A stretch of DNA of 63,069 nt from Thermodesulfobacteriota bacterium (GCA_028282925.1 JANQGV010000260.1:1-63069); one strand, 5' to 3'; numbered from the stretch's first letter, positions 27,400-37,631 are shown. Numbers and translations are program-made. The notes: generated from the letters alone by a model not told the origin.

Positions 27400-27446
27400 C
27401 GAGGGTCGAGCGCAACGCCGGAGATGGGCGTTTTCCGCTGGCCTCC
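27400..27446. repeat. 47-nt intergenic repeat, copy 2 (REP-like)
   Basis: cgagggtcgagcgcaacgccggagatgggcgttttccgctggcctcc, with internal hairpin AACGCC-ggagatg-GGCGTT. Confidence 0.6.
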
Positions 27447-27454
27447 AATGTGGT

Positions 27455-27754
27455 TTATTTTTTAAAGAGTGAATCCAGGGGATTTTCTTTTTTCTTCGAT
27501 TTTTTCTTGGGAACTACTTCGATTTCTTCGGTATCCGATGTTTTAAAAACAAAATAGTCGCAGAAATTCGACCGGTCTTTATCAAGCACACGTTCCGCCT
27601 GACTTTCACGGCATTCATTATAAATATTGGGGTCGTAAAATACACAGTTCAGACAACAGTGCAGATCCGCATCACATGACGGGCAGGTATCTGTACGGCC
27701 CGGCTTACCATCCGTTTCAACTTCCTGTTTACAGTTATTACAGCTATATACCAT
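27455..27754 (-). CDS. small Cys-rich (zinc-ribbon-like) protein with basic tail
   Basis: CNNC...CPSC pair, then HCCLNC and further Cys residues, and a C-terminal KKKSKKKE tail. Confidence 0.55.
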   Translation of the reverse strand: MVYSCNNCKQEVETDGKPGRTDTCPSCDADLHCCLNCVFYDPNIYNECRESQAERVLDKDRSNFCDYFVFKTSDTEEIEVVPKKKSKKKENPLDSLFKK

Positions 27755-27791
27755 ACCGTCTCCTGATTGTTACTTTGCACATATCCCGGCT

Positions 27792-29993
27792 TTAACCGGT
27801 GATGGATTCGGCAAGGGTTGCGGCCCGGGACGTCAGTTCCTGCTTTGCCCGGGCAAAAAAGGCGTCGACCTCCCGACGGTCCTCATCAAAGTCTTTGTCG
27901 GAACCGCCTGTTCCCTTGGCCAGAACATAGAATTTTATTTTCGGTTCTGTTCCCGACGGACGCACAATAATCTTGGAACCGCCGTCCAGAACATACATCA
28001 GCACATTGGAATCACCCAGTTTTGCCTTGCCCCCGATAAGCCCGTAATCGCCATGCCAGAAGTGGGGGACCCGTACTCCTTCAATGTCGACATATCCGGT
28101 ATGCTCGTCGGCGTTGCCGGGCTCTGCATCATCAAAGAGAACACACCCGGATGGATCAACAGCAACCCTGCATCCGCCTTTTTCCGGTGTCTGATAATCT
28201 ATTGCGGCTATCACCCCCGTACCGGCGAACTCTGCAGGAGGCGTTTTCCTGAAGTGCTGCATAATCGCCCTGATAACATCATTGCCGGAGGCCCCTTCGA
28301 ATGTAAGCGATATTGTCTCCTCGCGGCAATAGCCGTACTGCTGCCAGATTTCCTCCAGCCGTTGCACCAGCGTTTTGTTCTGTTTTTTGTAAAAACCGAC
28401 CATTTCAACAAACATGGCGCCGACCGTGACCGCATCTTTGTCCTTGACATAATCGCCCACGAGGGAGCCGTAGGACTCCTCACCGCCGAACAGGCAGCAG
28501 AGGCCATACGACTCGAGCAGCCGGATGCGCTCATTGCGGCTCAGCCCCTGATACTCCCGGTCGATTCCGGCTTCCGCCTGCTGCGCCCGTGCACATGCTT
28601 CCCTGGCGTACAGATCCAGTTTTTCTCCCAGGAATTTAAACCCCACATGGGGCTCAATCGTCATGACCCCGTATGCATCGGCAACCAGCCGGGCCAGGTC
28701 GGTCGACACCAGGGTTTTGGAGACAACACTGTTTGCGGGGAGTTTGCCGTCCCGGGCAATGAGTTGTCCAAGAATGTAGTCCGTGAGCAGGACCAGTTGC
28801 TGGTTGCCGCTCAGCAGATAATATCCGTCTTTAACCGTTGCGTCATTCTCAAAAACAGCCCTGTCCCGGTCGGCAAGACGGATACCCACTCCCAGCCGGT
28901 CACTGTCGGGGTCGGTAGCCACCAGGATATCGGCCGCCACGGTATTTGCAAGCTTGACCGCCTCGCTCAGGGCCTCCTTTTCCTCGGGATTCGGCTTCGG
29001 GCAGGTAGGAAAATCGCCGTCGGGGCGGCACTGTTCTTCAACCGGGAAAAAATTGGCGGAAACATCAAACCCCCGACGCTCGAGCACCCTGGACACCAGA
29101 CGCTGCGATGTACCGTTCAGTGCCGAAAATACAACCTTCACCGTATCGGCAATTGTGTCGCTGCGGAAATGCCCCTGGTTATCGGTCCAGATGGCGGTCT
29201 GATTCTCTTTTTCAATATACGCCGCATCAATATCGGCGCCCACAATACGGATGAGCCCGTTCCGCAATCCCTCCGCATACGACCCGGTTTTTACTTCACC
29301 GTAGTCGGTGATACTGTCGGCTATGGACTGCACGCCTTTATGAACAATCTGCCCGCCGTAAAAATCATAGGGTTTAAAGCCGTTATCGGATGCGGGGTTA
29401 TGTGAAGCGGTAAAAACACCCCCGGCATACGGGCGTATATCGTCAAGCTCTGCTATGGCAAACGACAACTCAGGGGTTGGGGCGACACTGTCGAAAAGAT
29501 AGACCGTTATTCCATGGGCCGCATAGATTGAAGCCGCTTCCTGCACAAGATACCCGGGACCGTCGTTTTCAGGATCATACGATCCCTTTCGTGAATCGTA
29601 GGCCAGCACGACCGCCTTTTCCCGGTTCAGGTCACGACCGTTTTTTTCATATTCACGGCATATATAGCGGGCATGCGCTTCAACGCCCAGCCCTAAAATA
29701 ATCTTGTTAAAATGGGCCGTTCCAATGGCCAGGCGCCCCCGCACACCGGCCGTGCCGAAACTGTTCATCTTGAAATACCCGTCATCAAGCGCACTCCACT
29801 GCTGACCGGCCACGAGCTTCTCGATATGAGCGCCTACCGTTATGCCGTTTATTTCAACTCCGGCAAAGGACGGGGCCAGCCATTTACAGGCATTGGCGCA
29901 CGTGCTGTCTTTAATGTCTCCACGGTCCCGGGCATCGGCCAGCTTGTTCTTTACTTCGGCATACGAATTGTGCACCTCATCCTCCCCATACAT
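27792..29993 (-). CDS. phosphoglucomutase/phosphomannomutase-family phosphohexomutase
   Basis: Active-site loop TASHNPASDNGFK. ATG at 29993; the ORF-track start at 30008 is a TTG, so the start is uncertain. Confidence 0.8.
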   Translation of the reverse strand: MYGEDEVHNSYAEVKNKLADARDRGDIKDSTCANACKWLAPSFAGVEINGITVGAHIEKLVAGQQWSALDDGYFKMNSFGTAGVRGRLAIGTAHFNKIILGLGVEAHARYICREYEKNGRDLNREKAVVLAYDSRKGSYDPENDGPGYLVQEAASIYAAHGITVYLFDSVAPTPELSFAIAELDDIRPYAGGVFTASHNPASDNGFKPYDFYGGQIVHKGVQSIADSITDYGEVKTGSYAEGLRNGLIRIVGADIDAAYIEKENQTAIWTDNQGHFRSDTIADTVKVVFSALNGTSQRLVSRVLERRGFDVSANFFPVEEQCRPDGDFPTCPKPNPEEKEALSEAVKLANTVAADILVATDPDSDRLGVGIRLADRDRAVFENDATVKDGYYLLSGNQQLVLLTDYILGQLIARDGKLPANSVVSKTLVSTDLARLVADAYGVMTIEPHVGFKFLGEKLDLYAREACARAQQAEAGIDREYQGLSRNERIRLLESYGLCCLFGGEESYGSLVGDYVKDKDAVTVGAMFVEMVGFYKKQNKTLVQRLEEIWQQYGYCREETISLTFEGASGNDVIRAIMQHFRKTPPAEFAGTGVIAAIDYQTPEKGGCRVAVDPSGCVLFDDAEPGNADEHTGYVDIEGVRVPHFWHGDYGLIGGKAKLGDSNVLMYVLDGGSKIIVRPSGTEPKIKFYVLAKGTGGSDKDFDEDRREVDAFFARAKQELTSRAATLAESITG

Positions 29994-30249
29994 ACCGTCA
30001 TCGTACAAGTGCGCTGCTGGAATGGTTATCTGTTGGTTAAAAAACTATACGACATTTTTTTTCATACGGCAATCAAGAAAATGGCTCAAACCGGCCACCC
30101 CGGAGCAGAATAAATGACAAGCTCACCGATGAATTATTCCCTTTGTAATAATACACCATAAGTGATATACTTATATATTACACAAACGCGCACGAAATCT
30201 CAAACAGGGGTGGTTCATACAGCTGCTCTCGACGGAAAAAGATCGGAAA

Positions 30250-31749
30250 ATGGGTTTTACCAAACTGCAACTCAACGAAAATCTGCTTAAAGGCATTATC
30301 GACACCGGCTTCACAACCTGCATGCCGGTCCAGGAAGAAACGCTGGCCCACACACTTCACGGCCGGGACGTCTATGTGCAGTCTCAAACCGGTTCCGGCA
30401 AAACAGCGGCCTTTCTCATCTCCATATACCAGATACTCCTTCATGACGAAACCCTGCACCGCAGGAAAGCCCTGATTATAGCGCCGACACGTGAACTGGC
30501 CCTTCAGATTGAAGCAGAGGCCAAACTTCTGGGCCGCTATCTTGATTTTAGAACCGGATGCTTTTACGGGGGCGTCGGGTACGGCAGCCAGGAAAAGCTT
30601 ATCGAACGCGGCGTGGATATCATCATCGGCACACCGGGAAGGCTTTTGGACTTCAACCACCAGGGCAAACTGAATTTCAAAGATATCGGCCTTTTGGTAA
30701 TCGACGAAGCGGACCGGCTTTTCGACATGGGGTTCCTGCCGGATATTCGCAGGATGGTAAAAAAAATGCCGCCCTTTCATGAACGCCGCAGCATGCTTTT
30801 CAGCGCCACCCTTGATTATCGCGTCCGCGAGCTGGCCTGGGAATACATGAACGACCCGGAGGAAATCGAGCTGCAGCCTGAGCAGAAAACGGTTCAGCAG
30901 GTAACCCAGGAGCTGTACCACGTGGCCCGGGAAGAAAAAATGGGGCTCATGCTCGGCATTCTCAGGAACGAACAGCCGGCCAATGCCCTCGTATTCACCA
31001 ATACGAAACATACCGCCGTTGAAATAGCAAAACGAATGGAAATCAACGGCTACGCCTGCCAGTACATCATGGGCGACCTGCCCCAGAAAAAAAGGCTGCA
31101 GGTAATCAACGATGTAAAGGACGGGAAGATACAGTACCTTGTCGCAACCGAGGTGGCCGCCCGCGGGTTGCACATCGATGATCTGGAGATGGTTATCAAC
31201 TATGATTTGCCCACCGATGGCGACAGCTATGTGCATCGCATAGGACGCACGGCCCGTGTCGGTAAAAAAGGAAAAGCCGTTTCGCTTGCCTGCGATAAAT
31301 ATGTCTACAGCCTTGAAACAATTGAGGCCTATATCGGACAAAAAATACCCCTGGCAAACCTGAATGAAAGCCTGCTTGAAGAGGACAAAAGCGCCGGCAT
31401 GCGTATTCGGGTTGAGAGAAACGGACGTGCATCGTCCCGCGGCAAAAAAGAGGGCCCTCGCACCAGACCCACAAAACCCTCCCGGCGAAAAACCCCGGAT
31501 GCACCCGCCCCGGCCCCGCAGCCCGGTGAGCCTAAAGAAACCGGCAAAAAGAAGCGCCGGGGCAAAAAGACGGCCAAACGCAAAGAACCCCAAAAACGGA
31601 CGCAACCCAGATCCCGGGAAGACCGCCTGGAATACTACAAAAAGAAATACGGCGAAACGTTTACCACCAAGGAAGCACGACCCCCCGAGCAGAGCAAAAC
31701 GGAGAAAAAATCCCTTTTCAAAAGAATTGTCGATTATTTCTTAACCTAG
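30250..31749 (+). CDS. DEAD-box ATP-dependent RNA helicase with basic C-terminal tail
   Basis: Q motif GFTTCMPVQ, motif I SQTGSGKT, motif II VIDEAD, motif III SAT, motif VI HRIGRTAR, and an R/K-rich tail. Confidence 0.9.
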   Translation: MGFTKLQLNENLLKGIIDTGFTTCMPVQEETLAHTLHGRDVYVQSQTGSGKTAAFLISIYQILLHDETLHRRKALIIAPTRELALQIEAEAKLLGRYLDFRTGCFYGGVGYGSQEKLIERGVDIIIGTPGRLLDFNHQGKLNFKDIGLLVIDEADRLFDMGFLPDIRRMVKKMPPFHERRSMLFSATLDYRVRELAWEYMNDPEEIELQPEQKTVQQVTQELYHVAREEKMGLMLGILRNEQPANALVFTNTKHTAVEIAKRMEINGYACQYIMGDLPQKKRLQVINDVKDGKIQYLVATEVAARGLHIDDLEMVINYDLPTDGDSYVHRIGRTARVGKKGKAVSLACDKYVYSLETIEAYIGQKIPLANLNESLLEEDKSAGMRIRVERNGRASSRGKKEGPRTRPTKPSRRKTPDAPAPAPQPGEPKETGKKKRRGKKTAKRKEPQKRTQPRSREDRLEYYKKKYGETFTTKEARPPEQSKTEKKSLFKRIVDYFLT

Positions 31750-31805
31750 ATCCTATCCAACTGCCGCACACATTCACAAGAGGCTGCAGAAATTGAGCGT
31801 GGTCG

Positions 31806-31852
31806 CGAAGGATGAGCGCAACGCAGAAGATGAGTCGTTTCCGCCGGCCTCC
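31806..31852. repeat. 47-nt intergenic repeat, copy 3 (REP-like)
   Basis: cgaaggatgagcgcaacgcagaagatgagtcgtttccgccggcctcc. It is enclosed by the 9-bp inverted repeat CAAGAGGCT (31767-31775) / AGCCTCTTG (31854-31862). Confidence 0.6.
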
Positions 31853-31994
31853 TAGCCTCTTGATTTACGCTACAGGTATGCTACTATAAAACAACTTTGC
31901 CACAGGGGTTCCAGGCCCACCGGGCTCTGCAGCACCTGTTTCATATCAACGCATACAAACCGGCCGTTCCAGAGGCCGGTCAGGGAATCGTACG

Positions 31995-33083
31995 ATGAAT
32001 ACTTTCACACGTTTAGTGTGCGGCGTTATGCTGCTTGTGCTTTTCACCGGTGTCCGGTCCGATGCAGGCTGGTCCAGATCCGATATTGAATTCAAGGACC
32101 ACCAACTGCCCAAATCACTCACCCTCTGCAACGAACCGGTTCCCCTTGAAGACCGCGTGGTCAGGGAGATGCTTGAACGCGAGTTTATTATCTCCGTATG
32201 GGACCCGGCCCAGGTTATTCTCTGGCTGAAGCGGGCAAACAGATACTTTCCCTATATTGAGAAAAAGCTGGCTGAAGCGGGCATGCCCGATGATTTAAAG
32301 TATGTTGCGGTGGCTGAAAGTGCGCTCCTCACCCACGGGCGTTCCAGCAAGGGGGCGCTTGGTCCCTGGCAGTTTATGCGCCATACCGCTCATCGAAACG
32401 GTCTGCGTAAAAACAGGTCGCTTGACGAGCGGCTTAATTTTGAGTTGTCTACACAATCGGCGATTAACCATCTCAAACGCTTACATAAAATGTTCGACTC
32501 CTGGACCCTGGCCCTGGCGGCATACAACTGCGGTGAGGCCCGACTGAAAAAAGAAATCCGGCACCAAAAGGTCACCGACTATTTCCGCTTGAACCTTCCC
32601 CTGGAAACCGAACGCTACGTGTTTCGGATTGCAGCCGCAAAAATCATCATTGAAAACCCGGAGCTGTACGGATATCGTCTTCCCCCCCAGAGTCTTTATG
32701 AACCGATTGAGTGCGACACCATTGAGATTACAATCCATACCCCGCTGCATATAACCGATATAGCCCAGGCCCTGGGTACCGATTTTAAGGTTATCAGGGA
32801 GCTCAACCCGCAACTGCTGGGCTATTATCTGACATACGGTAAACATGGTCTTAAAGTGCCTCCCGGCATGGGGCCAAAAGCCCTGGAAGTCATTTCAGGT
32901 CTTTCCCGCACGGCCCTGAGCAAAAAAGCAAAAACATCCTCGGACCACTACATTGTCCAGCCGGATGACACCCTGAGCCACATATCTATCAGGACCGGTG
33001 TTTCGGTTGACGCGCTTCAGGAACTCAATGATCTCAAGAACTCCGTTATCTATGTCGGCCAGAAACTGCGCCTGCGCCCTTAG
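31995..33083 (+). CDS. membrane-bound lytic transglycosylase (SLT domain) with C-terminal LysM
   Basis: SLT motifs VAESALLTHGRSSKGALGPWQFM and AAYNCGE. LysM segment YIVQPDDTLSHISIRTGVSVDALQELNDL. Signal peptide present. Confidence 0.8.
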   Translation: MNTFTRLVCGVMLLVLFTGVRSDAGWSRSDIEFKDHQLPKSLTLCNEPVPLEDRVVREMLEREFIISVWDPAQVILWLKRANRYFPYIEKKLAEAGMPDDLKYVAVAESALLTHGRSSKGALGPWQFMRHTAHRNGLRKNRSLDERLNFELSTQSAINHLKRLHKMFDSWTLALAAYNCGEARLKKEIRHQKVTDYFRLNLPLETERYVFRIAAAKIIIENPELYGYRLPPQSLYEPIECDTIEITIHTPLHITDIAQALGTDFKVIRELNPQLLGYYLTYGKHGLKVPPGMGPKALEVISGLSRTALSKKAKTSSDHYIVQPDDTLSHISIRTGVSVDALQELNDLKNSVIYVGQKLRLRP

Positions 33084-33309
33084 GGAACCCCTCTTGCATG
33101 AGGAGCACACCATGTTGCCCCCAAAAGCCTTCGTTGATATTTTAAAGATAAATCAGGCTGTTATCAAAGCACGGGGCTAATCATCCGGTGTGCCGTCCGG
33201 TATGCAAAAAAAACATGTGCTTTAATAAAAAAAATGCTACAAAAACATGCGAAATCAAACGATAATATAAGTAGAGCATGAAAATTTTCTAAATAGAGGC
33301 ACAGATATA

Positions 33310-33762
33310 ATGTATACCTACAGCCTGGGGCTCATGGTCGGAAAAAAGATTCAGCATGCGCTGAAAGTGCAGGCCGAGAACATTCAGGAAGCCATTGAAT
33401 CATGGGCGTTCAACAAAAGAGTACTGCATTCCGGCAACTGGAACCACGAAAAAAAGACCTATAAAGGCTATACCCTCATCTGTTTTGAAACCAACGATCC
33501 CCGCGTTGATGTAAAATTCAAGGTCAAGGGAAAACACCGGAAAGAACAGGAAAAAAAGGCTGCTATCCCAAAACCGGCGGAAACACCCAAAGAGCAGGAA
33601 TACCAGGGCCAATCACTGATGCCCGACGATGAAGCGGCTATGTCCGTAAATTTAACCCCGCCGTCCGATGTGCCCAACTTCAAGTTCCAGAAGACCTGGG
33701 TGGCGGATGAAAAAGAAAAGAAAAAAACCCATGTGGGGTTTGATGACGATAAACCGATATAG
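33310..33762 (+). CDS. hypothetical K/E-rich protein
   Basis: 150-aa ORF with an AGAGG RBS. I recognise no family. Confidence 0.45.
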   Translation: MYTYSLGLMVGKKIQHALKVQAENIQEAIESWAFNKRVLHSGNWNHEKKTYKGYTLICFETNDPRVDVKFKVKGKHRKEQEKKAAIPKPAETPKEQEYQGQSLMPDDEAAMSVNLTPPSDVPNFKFQKTWVADEKEKKKTHVGFDDDKPI

Positions 33763-33800
33763 ATCATAGAACCGGACAAGGTGTACATCACATAGTTTTA

Positions 33801-33834
33801 AAAAAGAGCACGTGGAGAACGCGGCTCTTTTTTT
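33801..33834. terminator. candidate bidirectional intrinsic terminator between convergent genes
   Basis: AAAAAGAGC-14 nt-GCTCTTTTT followed by extra T residues. It sits between the convergent genes ending at 33762 (+) and 33947 (-). Confidence 0.45.
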
Positions 33835-33946
33835 ATGCCTTTCTCAAGCCCTGCTGTGCCGGGCTCTCGTCCGATATTATTTCCCTCCCCACAAAAAAGG
33901 CCGGCTGTCGGGCCGGCCTTCTAAACATTCACATGCTGTCCTCTAT

Positions 33947-35239
33947 TTATTGCAACAGGCCTTGGAGCAGTCCGCTGCACATTTTCTGAAGCGTGCTGCT
34001 TGAGGAAACGGCCTTCAGCATCGCATCGCCGTGCTGATAATAGAGCCGCACCAGGGTTCTTCCCATGCTGGAACGTGAAAGCACGGTGTCTCTGAACACC
34101 CGCAACGCCTGCAGGGCCCCGGGGCTGTTCCTGAGCATATACGATGCGGCACATGATGAGCCTCCCCCCGGCTGGGCGATAAAATCGATATTGGAAACGG
34201 TCTGTCCTGCAGCCACCGTAACTTCGCTGCCGTAACCGGCCGCCAGTACAGGATTGGTAAACGATTCGTCCCAGAGCGAGCCGCTGTAAGGCCCCACGCT
34301 GGAACCACCCGTAAAGGACGTGTTGATCGGCTCGATCATCAGCTTGTAGGTGCCGGGAAGCACCAGCATTTCAAACTCGCCGGTGTTCTGCCGAAAATAG
34401 TCGGAAACACTTGAAAACTGGGTGAAAAACTGGTCGTCGGTTTTCATGGCCACAACATTGGCCCCCAGCACCGCTCCGCCCGTGTCCCAGGTAACCGTTC
34501 CTTTAATCTTGCCGTAGGTGGCGTTTGTCACACTGTCACTGACCGGGTACAGCATGGTAAGGGCTGCTTCATCATCCGGGTTCAGGTTGCCCAACGCCGT
34601 ATCATCATCGGTGGCGGTGGGAAACATGGTGGGTATATAGATATCATCCGAGGTGTCCCCGTTGCCGGCAAACGATGAATTGATCTGGCAGTGGTCAAGT
34701 CCGAAGAAGTGGCCGAACTCATGCACGAAAGTCGCCCGGAACTGCTCGTAGTTAAAAACACTGGTAAACCTTCCGTTCAGGAGCGCCATGCCTTCGGTAT
34801 ACTCGCAGGTGGCTTCATTCGCCATAGAACCGGCAAAGCCGATTATACCGTCGCTTGCTCCCGACCCATAGAGAGAGTCGATAATCGACCCGTCTTCGTC
34901 AAAAATAATCGGGTTGATGCCGTCGTTGGCGTTATCATAGGTGTTGAAATTTGAGGCGACAACGTCTTCTGAAAGGCTGCCGGCATTTTGAAAGGTGATT
35001 GCCGATGTACCGACGTTTCCCCAAACAGCAAAAGCCTCATCCACAAGGGATGCCGCCTCGGCGTTGGACAGATTTCCCAGGCCCCCAAGGTCGGGACTGT
35101 ACTGCAACGGCAATGAACTGCTGCCGTAAACAATCATTTTTCCATTACTGCATGTGCCCAGCGGCCCGCCGGCATAACTGTTTGCCGCCACAAACACCGG
35201 CAATAAAAAAAGGATCAGTAGTGCATATGTTTTCTTCAT
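33947..35239 (-). CDS. secreted metzincin-type zinc metalloprotease
   Basis: HEFGHFFGLDH (HExxHxxGxxH). Signal peptide MKKTYALLILFLLPVFVAANSYA. ATG at 35239 with AGGAGGGAGC RBS. Confidence 0.8.
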   Translation of the reverse strand: MKKTYALLILFLLPVFVAANSYAGGPLGTCSNGKMIVYGSSSLPLQYSPDLGGLGNLSNAEAASLVDEAFAVWGNVGTSAITFQNAGSLSEDVVASNFNTYDNANDGINPIIFDEDGSIIDSLYGSGASDGIIGFAGSMANEATCEYTEGMALLNGRFTSVFNYEQFRATFVHEFGHFFGLDHCQINSSFAGNGDTSDDIYIPTMFPTATDDDTALGNLNPDDEAALTMLYPVSDSVTNATYGKIKGTVTWDTGGAVLGANVVAMKTDDQFFTQFSSVSDYFRQNTGEFEMLVLPGTYKLMIEPINTSFTGGSSVGPYSGSLWDESFTNPVLAAGYGSEVTVAAGQTVSNIDFIAQPGGGSSCAASYMLRNSPGALQALRVFRDTVLSRSSMGRTLVRLYYQHGDAMLKAVSSSSTLQKMCSGLLQGLLQ

Positions 35240-35296
35240 AGCTCCCTCCTGCAGGATAAAGTTATACAGGAACAATAACATTTCTCGTTGTCGTTT

Positions 35297-35878
35297 TTAC
35301 TGTAGGATTGTTTCGATGAGCGACACAAATACAGCGTGCTCTATCGCTCCGGCTGCCTGTGTCATTATACTTTCAAGGGCGGCTGTGGATTGCACACCGG
35401 CAACCCGGCCCGCGTACTGCTGGGGGGCCATTCCCTTGAACAGGTTTATATTATTGCGCTCATTGACAACTGTCTTGAAACCCTGTGGTGAAGTTTTAAC
35501 ATAAAACTTGCCCTGTCCGAACCCGACCGGGGTCGTAAAACCTTTATCGCTCTCCGGATACAGAAACAGCACCACTGAATCACCCACGTTGAATTTGGGA
35601 GCCCGCGCAAAGGTAATGGCGGATGCATGGACTTTCATTGTAATAATGTCGGACTGATCACCTTTAAAAATACGGCTCGGCTTGAAGGAATAGAGAAAAA
35701 CAGGACTTCCGGTGGCATCATCATATTCGGAGGTACTGCCGACACAAACCCCGGCAAAAATACGCCCGGCACCGGCGCACAGATATTCAAGGTTCACCTC
35801 CTTTACTACCGCACCGAACGCACCTGTTGTCCAGGCACATACCAGTAGCATACCAACTACCGCACATAATCGTTTCAT
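35297..35878 (-). CDS. secreted hypothetical protein
   Basis: Signal peptide MKRLCAVVGMLLVCAWTTGAFGA and AAGGAGG RBS. Probably co-transcribed with the metalloprotease gene. Confidence 0.55.
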   Translation of the reverse strand: MKRLCAVVGMLLVCAWTTGAFGAVVKEVNLEYLCAGAGRIFAGVCVGSTSEYDDATGSPVFLYSFKPSRIFKGDQSDIITMKVHASAITFARAPKFNVGDSVVLFLYPESDKGFTTPVGFGQGKFYVKTSPQGFKTVVNERNNINLFKGMAPQQYAGRVAGVQSTAALESIMTQAAGAIEHAVFVSLIETILQ

Positions 35879-35980
35879 AGCATCCTCCTTTAAAAAGGAA
35901 TTTAATAATAGTAACTAGTACCCTCTACTTTTCGGCCCAAAAAAGAAATTATTAAATCATTTTTTCATTCCGATCACATA

Positions 35981-36006
35981 AAAAAAGGCAGGAATTTCCT
36001 GCCTTT
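35981..36006 (-). terminator. rho-independent terminator after the flavodoxin-like gene
   Basis: The minus strand reads AAAGGCAGGAAATTCCTGCCTTTTTT, a GC-containing stem followed by a T run, 31 nt after the stop at 36037. Confidence 0.65.
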
Positions 36007-36036
36007 ACAAAAAACCTCTCTCATCTCCTCTTTGTA

Positions 36037-36711
36037 TCAGTCAATGAGCGTACCGACCTCCTCGGCCCAGCCGGTTATTTTATCCCAATTGCGAAAATCA
36101 CCCTCTTCAAAGCCGGCCAGCAGCATGCTGATCAACTCATACGGATAGAGCTCGGCATACTCGAATTCTCCCGACAAAATGCCGCTGGATTCAGGCTCAA
36201 TACCGAACCGGTCGATAATGGGCTGCACATACAGCTCAACCGCATGCTCACGGCGTTCACGGGTATCGTTTTCATCTTTCAGGTACGTACAGGTTATGAA
36301 ATAGAAAATCTGCTTTTCTGCAAGGACGTTTTCGTGTTTACGTAAAAACAGTGTAGCCCCGGGAAGCCAGAAAAAATTATATACCGGGCTGCCCACTACC
36401 ACAGCATCATAGGCTGAAACATTGTCGACATTACGGGCCATCATGTAATCAACCTGGAAGCCGTCCCGGCAAAGCACTTCGGCGATCTTTTCCACAACTT
36501 CCGCCGTTGAACCGTGCTTGGTATCATAGGCGATTAAAATGCTTTTTCCTTCCGTATTGTTATCGCCGCAACTGCCTTCAATCACATCGTCGGGCCGCTC
36601 GAGAAACGCTCCCGCTGTTCCGGGAAACGCTCCCGTGAAACAAACAATCGCACATAAAAGGGCCGTGCCCATGACTACCGTATTCATTTTCCTGTCCTTC
36701 TGCACTTTCAT
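36037..36711 (-). CDS. flavodoxin-domain protein (Flavodoxin_5/HemG-like) with N-terminal signal/anchor
   Basis: Segments ILIAYDTKHGSTAEVVEKIAEVL and YDAVVVGSPVY. The N-terminal hydrophobic segment ends in GTAGA. Confidence 0.6.
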   Translation of the reverse strand: MKVQKDRKMNTVVMGTALLCAIVCFTGAFPGTAGAFLERPDDVIEGSCGDNNTEGKSILIAYDTKHGSTAEVVEKIAEVLCRDGFQVDYMMARNVDNVSAYDAVVVGSPVYNFFWLPGATLFLRKHENVLAEKQIFYFITCTYLKDENDTRERREHAVELYVQPIIDRFGIEPESSGILSGEFEYAELYPYELISMLLAGFEEGDFRNWDKITGWAEEVGTLID

Positions 36712-36986
36712 ACATATTCCTTTCTTCTCTCAATAAACTAATACCGCGCTCGTTTTTGCGTTCAGAAAGAACTTTTTTCCGCAAAGCGTGGTGGCTGGTA
36801 CAAATTATTATGTTTTCACGGACATTTTGTCAAGGTGCAATGAGATATCCTTATGTACCGCTTCGATACACCTATAGCACAAAACCGGTATTGACAAATC
36901 AAGGGATACCCGGTAACAGTAGCTGTAACGCCGCCATGCAAAGGCGATACAATACCGAAAACCTTATATCCAGAAAGGAACCTCCG

Positions 36987-37523
36987 ATGAAAGCACACTT
37001 GGCACCTCTGTTTTTTCTTCCTTTACTGTTCGTTATCCTACTCTGCAGCGCATGTGAACAACCGGCTGAAATGACGCTTGAAAGCACTGCTGTTTCTGAA
37101 GGCGACACCGTCCCCACCGAATACACCTGTGACGGCGAAGACACGTCACCGGACCTTTCCTGGTCGGACATTCCGGAAGGCACTGAAAGCTTTGCCCTTA
37201 TTATGGACGACCCCGACGCTCCCTCCGGGACCTTTACCCACTGGCTTGTATTCGACATCCCCTCCTCAACCACGAACCTCCAGGAAAACTTCCCGGAAAA
37301 ATTAACGATTAATGCAAAAGAGGGTCTCAACGACTTCTCCGAAAGCGGCTATGGCGGCCCCTGCCCTCCGGAAGGCCAAAACCATCGGTATATTTTCACC
37401 CTGTATGCTCTTGACCTTGAAACCCTGGGCCTTGCAGAAGGTGCTTCCCGCGCCGAGATAGAGGCGGCCATGCTGGGTCATGTTATCGGAAGAGCAACAC
37501 TTACGGCCATGTACGGACGTTGA
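36987..37523 (+). CDS. YbhB/YbcL-family PEBP (Raf-kinase-inhibitor-like) lipoprotein
   Basis: Motifs DDPDAP, HWLVFDIP and GPCPPEGQNHRYIFTLYALD. Lipoprotein signal ...LLCSAC. I chose the ATG at 36987 over the ORF-track start at 36756. Confidence 0.8.
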   Translation: MKAHLAPLFFLPLLFVILLCSACEQPAEMTLESTAVSEGDTVPTEYTCDGEDTSPDLSWSDIPEGTESFALIMDDPDAPSGTFTHWLVFDIPSSTTNLQENFPEKLTINAKEGLNDFSESGYGGPCPPEGQNHRYIFTLYALDLETLGLAEGASRAEIEAAMLGHVIGRATLTAMYGR

Positions 37524-37631
37524 TTCCGGCGAAGCATCCGGGAAACCGACATTGACATCACACGCTGTACATTGTTAAAATGAGTCGGTATATGTAATAG
37601 AAACCGCGTAACCTCACCAAGGAGAATGACC

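Noticed and set aside
30178-31605. 475-aa minus-strand ORF overlapping the DEAD-box helicase gene. Similar long antisense ORFs occur at 451-1425, 10333-11262, 20419-21669, 28053-29405, 54970-55599 and 62030-62905.
   Set aside because: Each lies antisense to a CDS with strong family motifs, has low-complexity G/R/A/P-rich translation and no recognisable domains or RBS. This is a typical shadow-ORF artefact of biased codon usage.
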